This document shows positions 11,453-23,399 of a stretch of DNA of 64,000 bases, in pieces. Position 1 is the first letter of the stretch. Each line of letters begins with the position of its first letter. The notes below the pieces were generated by a model that worked only from the letters and a program-made list of their open reading frames with translations, had not been told where the DNA came from and searched no databases. Source of the stretch: Rhodosorus marinus CCMP1338 (Eukaryota; Plantae; Rhodophyta); NCBI GenBank assembly GCA_029953675.1, contig JAMWBK010000006.1:620001-684000 (forward strand), in the 5' to 3' direction. The translations under genes were made by a program, and so were the position numbers.

Positions 11453-12406
11453 ATGGCTGCTGAGGCGAAGAGCGATTGGACGGCTGCGGATATTCCGGAC
11501 ATGACGGGCAAAGTTGCTGTTGTGACTGGTTCGAATATCGGGCTCGGTCTTGAGATCATTAAGCGCCTGGCTGAGCACAACGCAACGACAATTATGGCGA
11601 TCCGAACGGTGTCGAAGGGAGATAAAGCCAGGGAGGACGTGCTGAAGGAGATTGGAGCAGATAAGAAAATTGAAATCATGCCCGTGGACGTGTCGTCGCT
11701 GGAGTCTGTAAAGAAGTTTGCCGATGAGTTCAATTCAAAGTACGATCGTCTGGACGTGCTTATGGAAAATGCTGGGATTATGGCCCTAGAAACGCGTAAG
11801 GAGAGCGTAGATGGATACGAGATGCAGCTCGCTACTAACCACTTAGGCCATTTCCGTTTGACCAACGAGCTTATGCCATTATTGAAAAAGACGAAGGGCA
11901 GCCGTGTTGTAGCGCAGAGCAGTTCCGCGAACTGGTACGGGAGTTTTGACTGGGACAATTTGAATGCGACGAAGAAGTACGATCCTTGGGTGCAGTACTG
12001 TATGACCAAGCTTTGTAACGTTTTCTTTGCGAAGGAGCTCAATGCACGTGTAAAAGCCGCTGGCTTGGAGCAGCCTACAGCCTATTCTGCTCATCCAGGT
12101 CTGGTTGTCGGCCAACTTCAGGAGCAGGGAAAGCAAGGCTTTTTTGAAAAACTTTTGTATATGTTTACAACCCCTATGGCCGGGACCTACGAGACTGGTG
12201 CGCGGCCTGCGCTGTTCGCCTGTACTTCCCCTGCAGCGACACCCGGTGCCTTTTTTGGGCCCACAGGTTGGGTGCCGATTGCGAGAGATCTGGGGGGGAA
12301 ATATCCGGGTGAGGTTGCTGCCAACCAGCTTTCACTTGACGCGGCGATGAGGAAGAAACTTTGGGAGGAATCGGAAAAGCTCACCAAGGCTGAGTTCAAG
12401 ATCTGA
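11453..12406 (+). CDS. Short-chain dehydrogenase/reductase (RDH12/WWOX-like classical SDR), intronless
   Basis: WTAADIPDMTGKVAVVTGSNIGLG (TGxxxGxG), RLDVLMENAGIM, MQLATNHLGHF, catalytic YCMTK (YxxxK), AHPG, RKKLWEESEKLT. Confidence 0.93.
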   Translation: MAAEAKSDWTAADIPDMTGKVAVVTGSNIGLGLEIIKRLAEHNATTIMAIRTVSKGDKAREDVLKEIGADKKIEIMPVDVSSLESVKKFADEFNSKYDRLDVLMENAGIMALETRKESVDGYEMQLATNHLGHFRLTNELMPLLKKTKGSRVVAQSSSANWYGSFDWDNLNATKKYDPWVQYCMTKLCNVFFAKELNARVKAAGLEQPTAYSAHPGLVVGQLQEQGKQGFFEKLLYMFTTPMAGTYETGARPALFACTSPAATPGAFFGPTGWVPIARDLGGKYPGEVAANQLSLDAAMRKKLWEESEKLTKAEFKI

Positions 12407-13283
12407 TTGCGCCATGGAGTGGCCGTCGCCTTAGTTATTTTAGACGCCGATTTCTTCGACGATCCCGTCGACTAATAGCCCGAACCTGCCATGAGCCTGA
12501 GCACAGAAACCTCAAAAGGTGCGGCTGAAAACTTCACGCCCCAACAGCCTTGTACCAAAACCAGTCGCAGTTGGGAAACTCCGGGCAAGCACGAATTGTC
12601 GATCAGAGACCAAATAAAAAGAAAAACGAAATCAAGATATACGCTTCTGCAAGCGCAGCTGATGGGAGTGCTGACCGTGTGTTTCACGACGAGCGAGGAC
12701 GTTGCAGTGAGATGTATACGTACGCGGTGGGGCGACAGTTGTTCGAGCGAGGACTTGCCGTTCCGGCTGAGGAATCCCCAACGGGGCACCGCCAAACACG
12801 AGCGTGTGCCGACGCTTTTCAAACCAAAAAAGTGCCTGTCTTGGGATACCCACCGTACTCCCTACTCCGCTCTCCTAGCCGCCTTGGTCTCCCTGCTGGT
12901 TTTCGCTAGGCTGGGTGAATCGAGTGCCCAGCTCTCGCTGGTTGACAGCCTAGCCGACTTACCCACAGGTAAATCTCACCTACTGCAACAAAAAATAGTT
13001 GCCACCGGGTGCAGGACCACCGACGTCACGGACTCGCACTGATCCACCTTCTACATTCATGCAAGCCCTACAGCCATCACCACTTGCAAAAACCTTGCAT
13101 CCATCGCACTCCAGAATCGACACCAGTTCCTAACGTCCTAAAAATATCAAAACGATACAAGTTTCCCTATTTCAACCAATATTCAATCTTGATACAGTAA
13201 ATAAGCCTACACATAACGATTAAAATAACTTAATATCGTAACCCGAAATCCTCAGCCTATTCGCTCAGCCGCCCGACCCTAAT

Positions 13284-13468
13284 CCAATGATCTTCCCGGA
13301 TTTTATAGCCAATGAAGTCTCCATATTTCTCGTACACCCAATAAATGAGTATTTTCCCGTCGATGCTCAGATAGTTTCGAAATATTCATATATAATTGGA
13401 CTAAATCAATGGTAACTATCCAATCACCGCATATTTTGTTATTGTCTCCAATTAAAACTTATGATTGG
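13284..13468. promoter_or_regulatory. Cluster of seven CCAAT/ATTGG boxes in an AT-rich intergenic spacer
   Basis: CCAAT at 13284, 13309, 13338, 13420 and 13448; ATTGG at 13395 and 13464. Lies upstream of the 13822 ORF. Function is inferred only. Confidence 0.4.
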
Positions 13469-13821
13469 TATCAGCCGTATTGAGAATATTATGAATATTT
13501 TGGATTTATTTATTGTGTAAGGGAGAACGGCCCGAAAAGGGATTTCTCCGGACGGAACTCGCTACTTTGGGATGGTCAATGGACGACTGCCACAGGAGCT
13601 GTTGAGTTGTAGTCAGAGGTTATATTAAGGAGGGGGGGTCGCTATTCTCGAGCGAGATCGAGGAGGACTGCGCAGTTTTGCTCGGGTATCAAAATGAAGA
13701 TGGTAAGGTGGCGAAATCCGCGAATTGAGGAAGGAGACTGGTGGGGGTGTTCTTGATGTGGGTGGGGTGGGCGGTTTAACTGCAGGTTTTGTTTTTTGAG
13801 GTTTGAGAACCGGCTGCCGGG

Positions 13822-14250
13822 ATGAAGGAGGAGGTGGTCAAGTCGATCGTGACGGATATCGTTGTGGATGAGAACGTGGAGGAGGAGCTCTTGGCCGATG
13901 CGGATGGATTTGAAGACAAGATGGGCGGGTTAAAGCTCTGCGAGAACTGCGGCAGGAACCTGTTGGTTGGCACCGGCATCAGTGTCCAAGGGGCGTACTG
14001 CAGTGATGACTGCTTCTGGAGCGCGCAGCTGGATACGACCGGGTCAAGGATGAAGAAAGAGAAGCGCAGGGCGAATCTCAGAGCTTTGAAGAGGCCAGAC
14101 AAGGGCAGGATCGTCCGGGCATCAACGAACGCGAAAGACGCCGAAAGGTCACCGAGCGTCAATGAGGGGAACAACGCTATGTATGTATACTGGCAGAAGA
14201 ACCTCTCGAGCTACGCCAGTAAACGGCTGAACTGTAACGCGCCCGTATGA
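13822..14250 (+). CDS. Small FCS/TRASH/FLZ-type zinc-finger protein
   Basis: Acidic N-terminus, then C-x2-C-x16-C-x3-C (LCENCGRNLLVGTGISVQGAYCSDDC), then a basic stretch (KKEKRR). Confidence 0.6.
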   Translation: MKEEVVKSIVTDIVVDENVEEELLADADGFEDKMGGLKLCENCGRNLLVGTGISVQGAYCSDDCFWSAQLDTTGSRMKKEKRRANLRALKRPDKGRIVRASTNAKDAERSPSVNEGNNAMYVYWQKNLSSYASKRLNCNAPV

Positions 14251-14811
14251 AGCGCATTTCAAATTCTAGACGATACCTGTGTCCATGGACTAGGGTTATA
14301 TCTCCCACAGACGGGAGAAGAGGATGTACATTTGGGTTTGGATTGACATAGGAAGCTTCATACGGAGAGCATGCCCCAAACCCTCCTCTTCTTAGGTAGC
14401 TCACTGTACAGGCTAGGTAGCTCGTATAACCTATTGAAAAATATATATAAATAAAGTGATTTCTATTCAAGCCTCGCGCTCTCGGCTCCATAATTCACAT
14501 GCGGCACTGAACTGAAAACCCAAGGCAAGTAGATAGCACTCAGACCAAGTCTGGCATTCCAATGACAATGGGATTGTTGTAGAGCAGCGGGACTAGTACT
14601 ACTGCGCCACCTACAACGTCGGCCCAGACCCGAGTTTGTGTGCTTGACATATATCTACCTCGATTGGCTTGCCTAGAAAGGAGGTATCCAGCGAAGTAAA
14701 GTAGAGAATCGGATTGGTAAAGGATGTGGGGGGGCCCATAACTCCGCTGAGTCTTACTTGATAGAGCGCTTTTGCGGACGCACACACACTAGGGATCGAT
14801 TGGTCAAGTCA

Positions 14812-16471
14812 ATGGCTAAGACCAAGATCAAAGTCGCGTTTGTACATCCTGACCTGGGACTTGGAGGAGCGGAGAGGCTGATTGTGGATTCCGCAGTTGG
14901 GTTAAAGGAGCTAGGCCATGAAGCGAGTATCTACACGGCTCATTATGATGAGAATAGAAGGTTTCCGGAGGTATCATCAATAAATGTCCATGTTGTTGGA
15001 GGATTCATACCGCGAACTCTAGCTGGTAAATTTAAGGTGAGGAACGCATCCGAGGGATCTCTTCCTCAGTCAACACCGAGCACAAAGCAATCATTGCTCA
15101 TCGAGGTTTGCTTCTTCCCGGTGATCCTCTTGAACACGTTGAAACAGGCGCTGTTGACCTCGATTCAGTGCATGTACATAGCAATCTACCTGTGTTTCTT
15201 GTGTCCTTACTCCTTCGATGTAGCCGTCTGCGATATTGTATCTCTACCGAACGTGATATTCTGGCTCTTCCGCAAGCCTGTTGTATTTTACTGCCATTTT
15301 CCTGACAAGCTTCTTGTGAGGACCCTCCAAGCCGACGCCCAGGGACATGGTAGAACGTCTCCGTCTCCAGTCCTTCAGTTGTACAGATTCGCAGTGGATT
15401 TTCTCGAAGAGTACTCAATGAGATTTGCAAGCGTATGTTTTCTTCGACGTCTTTGAAGATTTTGAACGAGGTGTGGACTCCTCATTCTAACCATCTGCTG
15501 CCATTGTCATCAGGTCATACTAGTGAACAGCAGCTTCACAGCGTCAATGTTTAAGGAAGCGTTCAAGTCGCTTCGGTCAGTGCCGATGGTGGTTCATCCG
15601 TCAGTTCAAATTGCGGAGGAGGACAGTGTCTATGCTGACGACTTGCAACCAGACGAGCTCATCGTATTGTCCCTGAACAGATACGAGAGGAAAAAGAGCG
15701 TTGAAATAGCTATCGAGGCTCTCGCAAAAGTGAAAGATTTGATTCCCAACACCACATTTGCGAATGTGAAACTCGTCATCGCCGGTGGATGGGACGCGCG
15801 TTTAGCAGAAAACAGAGAGTACGAACTTGAGCTTCAGGAAATGGCCAACAGATTGTACGGAAAAAGCACGAAAGCTCTGATTTTGATTTTGAGTACTGCG
15901 CTCTCTTGTTTATCCACACACTAAAAGTCTTGGGCTGTTCTGGTCTCCAGGTCTGTGCGGAGCAAAGTCATTTTCAAGAGGAACGTTTCCGATTCTGAAA
16001 GACGCGATTTGATGCGAAAGTGTACCTGTCTCTTATACACTCCTCCAGAGGAACATTTTGGAATCGTACCGCTTGAAGCCATGGCTGCGAGTCGCGCGGT
16101 TATTGCCTGTAGCTCTGGTGGTCCGCTTGAGACTATTGAAGAGGGTGTGAGTGGATTCCTCTGCGAAGCTTCGGGGGAGGTATGTCTTGAGCAACTTCAT
16201 TTCGACCGCAAGGTTCACACTAAAGCAGCGCGTATCGCTTGTGGTTCAGGCGTTTGCAAATCAGTTGAGAATTCTACTCTTGGACCAGCGTCGAGCCAGG
16301 CAGATGGGCGAAAACGGACTAAAACGCGTGGAGGCATTGTTCAGTAGAAAGGCTTTCTCCGAAAAGTTTGAAGCCGCGCTCATGAGAGCGCTTGCTATGA
16401 GTCATCGTGATTTCCGGGAGGCAGTCGCCAGCTCATCGCCAGGATCAGACAGCAAGCACAAGATCACATGA
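14812..16471 (+). CDS. ALG2: Alpha-1,3/1,6-mannosyltransferase (GT4), multi-exon
   Basis: [106 protein letters not shown]. Confidence 0.95.
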
Positions 16472-16509
16472 ACGGGAATGCGATTGTTTGTATGGACTAA
16501 GAGTCAATT

Positions 16510-18860
16510 TATGTTATCCGCAGCGAAACGCGTCGAGTTTGTGCTAGGCATCTGTTGAGGTCTCCCTGAAGATGAAGTTTGGAAGATGCGTTGTGAACAG
16601 GAAGTGCAGGCCGAATTGCTGTTGTGAACCAGCTCACGAACTCATGTAAGCAGCCGGGCGTGCTAAGAGACATTGAGATCTGACCTGCTAGCCACTTGAC
16701 AGTGAACCTTACCTCGCAACCGCTTCCCGTGGGAAGGAAGCAGAATCCGATTCCTCCGAATGAGCCTTGCTGACTGGATCCGAACCTTCAGATGTTCTCC
16801 AAGCGATGTAGCCGACAGGGAGGATAAGCGCAAGGAGGGCCCTTTTCGGCATACGCTCAAACGCCGTTCTGATCGCCAAGATCGTTTGATTTATGTGGCA
16901 ATTTTGGGGTTTTGGGGTAGCAAGTTCAGTATTCAGGCCCGCAAGTTGTTGACCAGAGCGCATAGGTGACAGGTGGTTGCCAGAAAGTATACCTTATACA
17001 ACGTGAGCCCACAGTAGTACAAGATATAACAATACCTCCAGCCAAAGCTGCGTTGACCGCATCTCCAGAAGCACTCAGTCGATCCAAAAGGCATTCAATT
17101 CCTTGATCTACGGGAACCAACATGATCAGAGAGCTCATCCGTTCAGACTCGTCGCGGGCGAAAGGAAAACAGGGCATCGCGAGGGTATTTCTTTCATACA
17201 TGCCCCTACAATAGCAGCAAAAGAGCCTGCAGAACGCGCCATCTATAGAATGACGTTGCAGACTATGCATCAGCGGCAAGCTCAACGCAAACGAGAGGCA
17301 CATGTCCTCCATATTCAGTGGTTAGATGCTTACTGACAGGCTGATGGTACGAGCGACCTGAAAACCAGCTCCTCTGGACTCAGCGGAGAAGAGGCCCCAA
17401 CTCAGACCCCCTAAAGGGAAAAGCACAAGCCTCAATCGTTAGCGAATGGAAGTAAATCGGAAGACTCGATGTTTTCCAGTCAACATGCGCTACGTACATA
17501 CGGAGCCACGAGTCACTCCGTCGGCCAGACGCGTTCCGCAGTCTGGGGTTCTTGTGGACATGCGCGCTGTTCTTCTCTTCAAAACCCAATTGTCTCTTTC
17601 ATAGGTCTGATCAGCCCGTGAATGGCTTACACGTCTTATCTCTCATCGAACGGACACAATGGGCATCCTCCTTGAAGACTCTCGCAAAACACAGAACTGA
17701 TCCTTCTCGTGTAGGTAGTAAACTGCTGCGCAAGAACCACCGATCACTTCCCAACACGTTTCTGACATACTCCATTGATCGGCGCGTTTGCCGTTTTCGG
17801 CCAGACCGTGGATGGGGCAGCCCCAATTGAGGAGAGCAGCACTAAGAGGACGGAGGATTCTGAAGGATACAGATAGGGCATCCTATCATTCCTACCAACT
17901 CTCCACTGTTGCAGTTTGTTTTTGCGGGAGTTATCTCCATGCGAAGATATTGCTACGGTGATACCCACTGACTGCGAGAGAATTTACCGAACATCTAGAT
18001 CCATATGTCGACACGTTGAACCCCATCGTGCGTCGTAGGTGGGAACAAGAATAGCATCTCTCTGGCTGAATTATATCGGCATCTTCAACTCCATAACTAT
18101 TGTAACGACCAAACACAGCCAGCTAGCTATATGCATCCAGTGCATGTATTAACCACGGGCACAGGACTTACTGATGGTGGGATTTGTGGAGAGTAAGGAT
18201 TGTTTTTGAACTCTTTAAACCTCCGTTGTGGGGAGCCAACATTGATACGTGAGTTTTGTGTAGGCCCTAGTTGGAGCAATCAACATGCGGAACGGTCCCG
18301 AGGATATAGTGAAGACTTTCTGCCATCGATCTCAGATTTTCTCTAAAGCTTCCACTCAACCTGCAAATAACATCATGAAAAACCCGTTCCCATCTTGATC
18401 TTAGACTCGCAATAGGTCAGGACGAAGAAACCAGGTCAGGTACCACCAAGCAAGAGTCGGGGCTGCAATGGCAACAAGTTTCTCTGTCGCTGCAGAAGCT
18501 GCCTACGAATAGTTTACGACCGCCTTTATTCCTTGGAAAGCAAAGGTGGTTGTAGCCCCTGTACAAATTAGAAACCCGCGCCAGGGCTTTACCAGCTTCC
18601 GAGTACGAGAACCTTGCGGGTTCGATCTTAGCCGATCTGATCTTCGCTTGGCGCATAGGTTGCGAAACCACAACCAAGGAGTGAGTTACTGTATTCAGTG
18701 TCAATTGCTTTTGTGGTTATTGAAACAAAGGGCTCGCCAAGATCGCAGGGTGAGACCGCCTGCAGACGGGTCCACGTGCATAATTCAGAACGCACCGAGC
18801 AACATACTTCAGTAGTTTTAAGCTTCTCCCTACACCACCTCCAAGCAATCATTCAAAAGT
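16510..18860 (-). CDS. Probable intron-rich hypothetical gene(s); structure unresolved
   Basis: Several short GT..AG-bounded frames read like protein when joined: ...AIDTEY|NRTRKVLVLGS|WGYNHLCFPRNKGG; RDAILVPTYDARWGSTC; AALLNWGCPIHGLAENGKRADQW|TVYYLHEKDQF; RALLALILPVGYIAW. I could not assemble a full frame. Confidence 0.3.
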
Positions 18861-21690
18861 GCACCACGGCATCCAGCCCACGAAAAACGTAATGGCGCTG
18901 TGGAACCTACTCATCATCATCCGCGGCGGTATAGGCCTTGAGAACCAGTGAATCCGTGCACTGAAGTTGCTCTTAAATTCACCCCACAGGTAGCTTGGAT
19001 GGCAGACCCGATTAAAATTCCATAAAAGACAACCCCTTGTCCATGCATGAAGTATTGTTCCCTTTCATCGCCTGACCCACACAAACGAATTTTTTGCCGT
19101 ATTTTCGACTATCAGTACCCCCAGCTCAGTATGACCGTCAATCTTTCACCCCAACACAGTAGCAAAAGTTTCATTGGACAATGCCTTCAAAAGCCAATAT
19201 TTATAGACTTTGATTGGTTGAACGCGACCGCAGTTTTTCCACAACCAAAAACGAAGAATATTCTCAGGAATTAAATCTTCCTTTTTGGTATGGTTTTGGA
19301 GGGGGGGGGGGGTTCCACCACCGCAGGACGGGTTGCACCACTCTGAGGCTTTCACTTGCAAGCGCTCAGAACAGACGATAAATAATTTCAATTCATATAT
19401 ATTCATGGAATGCCGTCCTACAGACAATTTAGAAGGTAATAGCGCCAAAAACATATGAAAAATAGAGCCCAAGAGGGCTTCTATTTGTTTTCTGTTCCGT
19501 ACTGAAATCCTCGAATTAGTCTTCTCATCCAAAACAAATAGACTAAACAATCAGGCCCATGACGAAAGTGGGCGGAACCCAGAGGCTTGGCTTGGAAAAC
19601 ATAGGTGAAAATGTGACCCCCCCCCCCTGCTTTTCCTTTTTACAATTTTCATGGCACAATATGCAAATAATATTTGGAAATACAATATATAATGATTGGA
19701 GACGTAATTTGGTTTGTAACCTCAAATGCAAGCTGGAAGGATGCTACGAATTCCTCTTTTTTTTGGGGGGGGGGGGTGGTTGTTGGGATTAGAAAGTTAG
19801 GTTTCAGTTTCTTGGGCTCGAATAGCAATTCGAGGCAGAGAAATTTATAGTTTGCGTTTGGTTTGCTCTGAAAGATGGTTGTACGTATAGCCAATGAAAT
19901 AGTGACAAATAGAAAAAAGGGGCTATTTCGGTTCTGCAGACACGAACCGGCGCTTCGAATTATGGACACCTCTCAAAATTACTTTTTTTTCCCGCTTGTT
20001 GTATATTTGTTTGAAGTTTATCAGAGGGGGGGTCGTATTGAAAGAAAGATGTTCCGTCCACGTGGAAAGCAATTGAAATATTTCAAAAGCATTGATATCT
20101 GGTTAACGGGTGATGATATATGGGGTCCCATCAAGACACCCTACCCTGTAGGGTGTCTTGTCCCTATGACAAGCAATACCTTTTGAAGAGACTTGTACGA
20201 AAGTCGTTGGTTAAAGAAAGTCCTCTTGCTGCGAAAATTTGACCAAACGCTGTCACATGGTTGTCCCTGTAGGCAGCCGAGGGGTGGGTTAAGAAACCTT
20301 TTGCCTTTTTTTAGAAAATGATAAGTATAGTTAATACATTTTTAGAGAGCACTGCTCTTAGTGACTCTTTGTCTTCAGCAATAAAAAGTAATCGAGTTTG
20401 CCTTCTCAAAATATTTCGAAAATCCTTCCTTTTTTCGACATTTTTTTCAACAAAAAGGACGGTCGGTCCTCCCCCGAAACCCCTCGTCCTCTCGGATTCC
20501 CCCTCCCTCCCCTTCCGTTCAAACAAGCCGAAAATACATGTCTACGTGGAAGCAACCAAGTAGCAAAAATTAGCTTAAGACGGAAAGTTACCATCTGCTT
20601 CCAGGTCCCTTACGATTCTTGTGAAGAAATGATTCTCGTAGATATTCAAAAACGCTCACTCTTTTGGTTAAGGACAACCCCTAGGAAACTTGATGGAGTT
20701 CATAGCGATTCACCATTTTTACGTTTGCCGTTTCTAAAATGGAAGGTAGTGCGTTCCAATAATACGGACCACGGCGGGACTCATACTTTTGCAACCATTT
20801 AGCCCTCTAGATACTTTTTAAAATGAAAGAAGTGGTACCACCCTCGTCTTTCAATTGTATTCAGTCCCCTGGAAACCCGAAAACTGCAAGGCACAAGTAA
20901 AAGGGAAGGAAAAACGTATCCATGTTTTCTAAAACTCCTGGGACGGTTTAGCGTCTAAACTTGCAGAAAGCGCTAGCCTTAGAAGGGGGGTAGATGAACT
21001 AAGCAACCAAAAACGCGTACGACGAAGTTTAATAGCAATACAACGGCCGGGGATGGATACTCAACCTTTCCCCTTATTATGTGAAAATAGTAAAAGATAT
21101 ATTGAAAAATAGTGACTTTGCGGTACCCCTCGTGTCAAGCAAGACAATACTCCCCCTCTTTAGGATTAGCTAGGAATGGGCTTTGTACGTCTTCCAAGGG
21201 GTGAACAATATTAACGTTCATATCGGGTGGGGTAGTAGTAGTCCGATCATTGCCCTAGATCTGTTGGCTGGGGCCCACCCGTACAAGCCTACCTGTTGTA
21301 CACTGTGCGATGTACTGATATTTACGATATATGCTGTAATTATTGGATTATTATTCGTCGGACAATCACAGTATACGAAAAAGGCTTTCTCCAGACCCCC
21401 TAAGATATGCATTCACCACCAGCGCGCAAATATTTCTAAAGCCCCTGGTGACGGGTAAAGATGAAGCAGAAAATTGGCATATTGAGCAAAAGAGTAGATG
21501 TGAGGGTGGGTATTTTGTTCTTGCTTTGTTTTTATTTCGCTTTGCAGTTTTGCTGTTATAATTTCGATGGAAAAGGGTGGGTTATTCTTAAGCGTATTTA
21601 GGTCTAGTCGAAATGTGTGAGGATGCGTGTGGTAACAGATATGTGCGAAACGACGTTTTATAAGAGCAGCAAACGGATGAACTGGAGTCA

Positions 21691-22485
21691 ATGATGCCGG
21701 GGCAGAGGGGCCAGAGGAGGCAAAGGAGTACGTGGAGAAGTGAGATGGCGAAGGACGTGAGACTTGGGGTACAAATGGACGTTGAGAAGAGCGACAATAT
21801 GTCGCAGATAACAGAATCTCAATCATCTGATGTGACTGGATATGGGAACTTTGCTAGTGGCGAGCACGTCACGATTTGGAACAAACAGGAGAAACGGAAG
21901 ATTGCTGGTAATGCAGCGCCTCTAGGGAAGAACCTCACAAAGTACTTGGGCAAGCATCCCGAATGTGAAGTTTACAACGGGCAGGATTCTAGGGAAGGGA
22001 TTAGGAACAAGAATAATCCGCATGGGAGGACTGAGGCATCTGGACTAGGTGTTCATGTTCCAATTTGGAATAGGGAAGAAAAGAGAAAAATTGCCGGTAA
22101 TGCTGCGCCCCTTGCAAAGAACCTCGTTATGTATTTAGCCAGACATCCGGACTGCGAAGTTTACGATGGTCAGGACAAAGAGGACGGAGGCAGAGGGTCG
22201 AATAGGAATCAAACGGTGCAGAAGCGATCCGTTCCAGTCCCCGTACCTGCCCAAGATCAGTGGATGCCAAACGACTATTTGGAGTTTGATCTTGATCAAG
22301 AGGAAATCGAGGAAATTGACGCAATATTTGGATTTGGAGATGCGAAAGAGGATGCGATGGATATGGAAATGGTGACGGTGGAGATGATCGACTTCGATTC
22401 TGGGATGGACTTTTCGCCAAGCTGTTTGCTTTCCTTTGGACCGGTTTCTCCTCCTCATTTCGACATGTCTGTACATGTCGAGTAA
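21691..22485 (+). CDS. Stand-alone protein with two BRK-like domains and an acidic tail
   Basis: Internal repeat [43 protein letters not shown] (21859-21987) and [43 protein letters not shown] (22048-22176). It resembles the BRK consensus (V.V.N...G..L.G..AP....L..WL..HP.Y.V). Confidence 0.75.
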   Translation: MMPGQRGQRRQRSTWRSEMAKDVRLGVQMDVEKSDNMSQITESQSSDVTGYGNFASGEHVTIWNKQEKRKIAGNAAPLGKNLTKYLGKHPECEVYNGQDSREGIRNKNNPHGRTEASGLGVHVPIWNREEKRKIAGNAAPLAKNLVMYLARHPDCEVYDGQDKEDGGRGSNRNQTVQKRSVPVPVPAQDQWMPNDYLEFDLDQEEIEEIDAIFGFGDAKEDAMDMEMVTVEMIDFDSGMDFSPSCLLSFGPVSPPHFDMSVHVE

Positions 22486-23399
22486 TTTTTTTTTGTTTCT
22501 TAGGGGTATCATTATGTTTTCTACCTAGAGAGTTTTTCCGGGTGACTTTTTTTGGGAACTGCCGCTTTGTCGATTAGAAGCAATTGGTTTATTAATGGGG
22601 TTTCTAACTTACTGTTTGAGTGGGAGTTGATTAGTTTAGTGCCGAGCTGGTACCGTGTAATAAATAGTCAGCAAATGGTCTGCTGTTGTACCGCTAAGCG
22701 TTGGTTCCAAGCTGTTTCACAATGACACCCTGAACATTCAGCAAGGCATCTTCCGAGCAGCTCTCTGAACGCGGAGGATAATTGGAAGGGGAGGAAAGCT
22801 GACCTTGCGGGAGTCGCGCTTGACACCAAAGGGTCTCGCCACCAGTTCGCACTGCTGTCGACCATGGGGCTCTACCATGAGCACATGTACTGCAAAGGAA
22901 ACTTCGGCCACGAGCGATGCGATTACTAACTGATGTTCAAAAAATTGAACGAATCAAAGGATCTACAAGTCCAGGACCGCGATCGGGGCACACAAACCAT
23001 CTGCACTGAAGCAAGCAGCTTTTGGCTGATAACTGGATTCTCATTTTTGCATCCATAACACAGTGGTACCCAAACTTAAAAAATTAGTTGTTAAATATTA
23101 CATATTTCATGATTAACGTAAAACCCTGAATACAAAAGAATAATCACCTATTCACCGGTCGGAAACATTTGATTTTAGTTAGTTATTTCGTGTACTTTGA
23201 TAACTCGCTTGGACGGATTTTCATCACCCCCCGCAGTACGAAAGTCGATAAATTTGGAACGCTGACGAAAGGCCGGGTGTTTTCTTCAGTGTTTTGAGAA
23301 ACAGAAAATGTCACTAGTATAATTTTGTCTTTCATTTTACGATGGAGGCGTTCTATCCATTAATTGAGGCCCGAAATTTTTAAGGCCTAAAGGCCTGTC

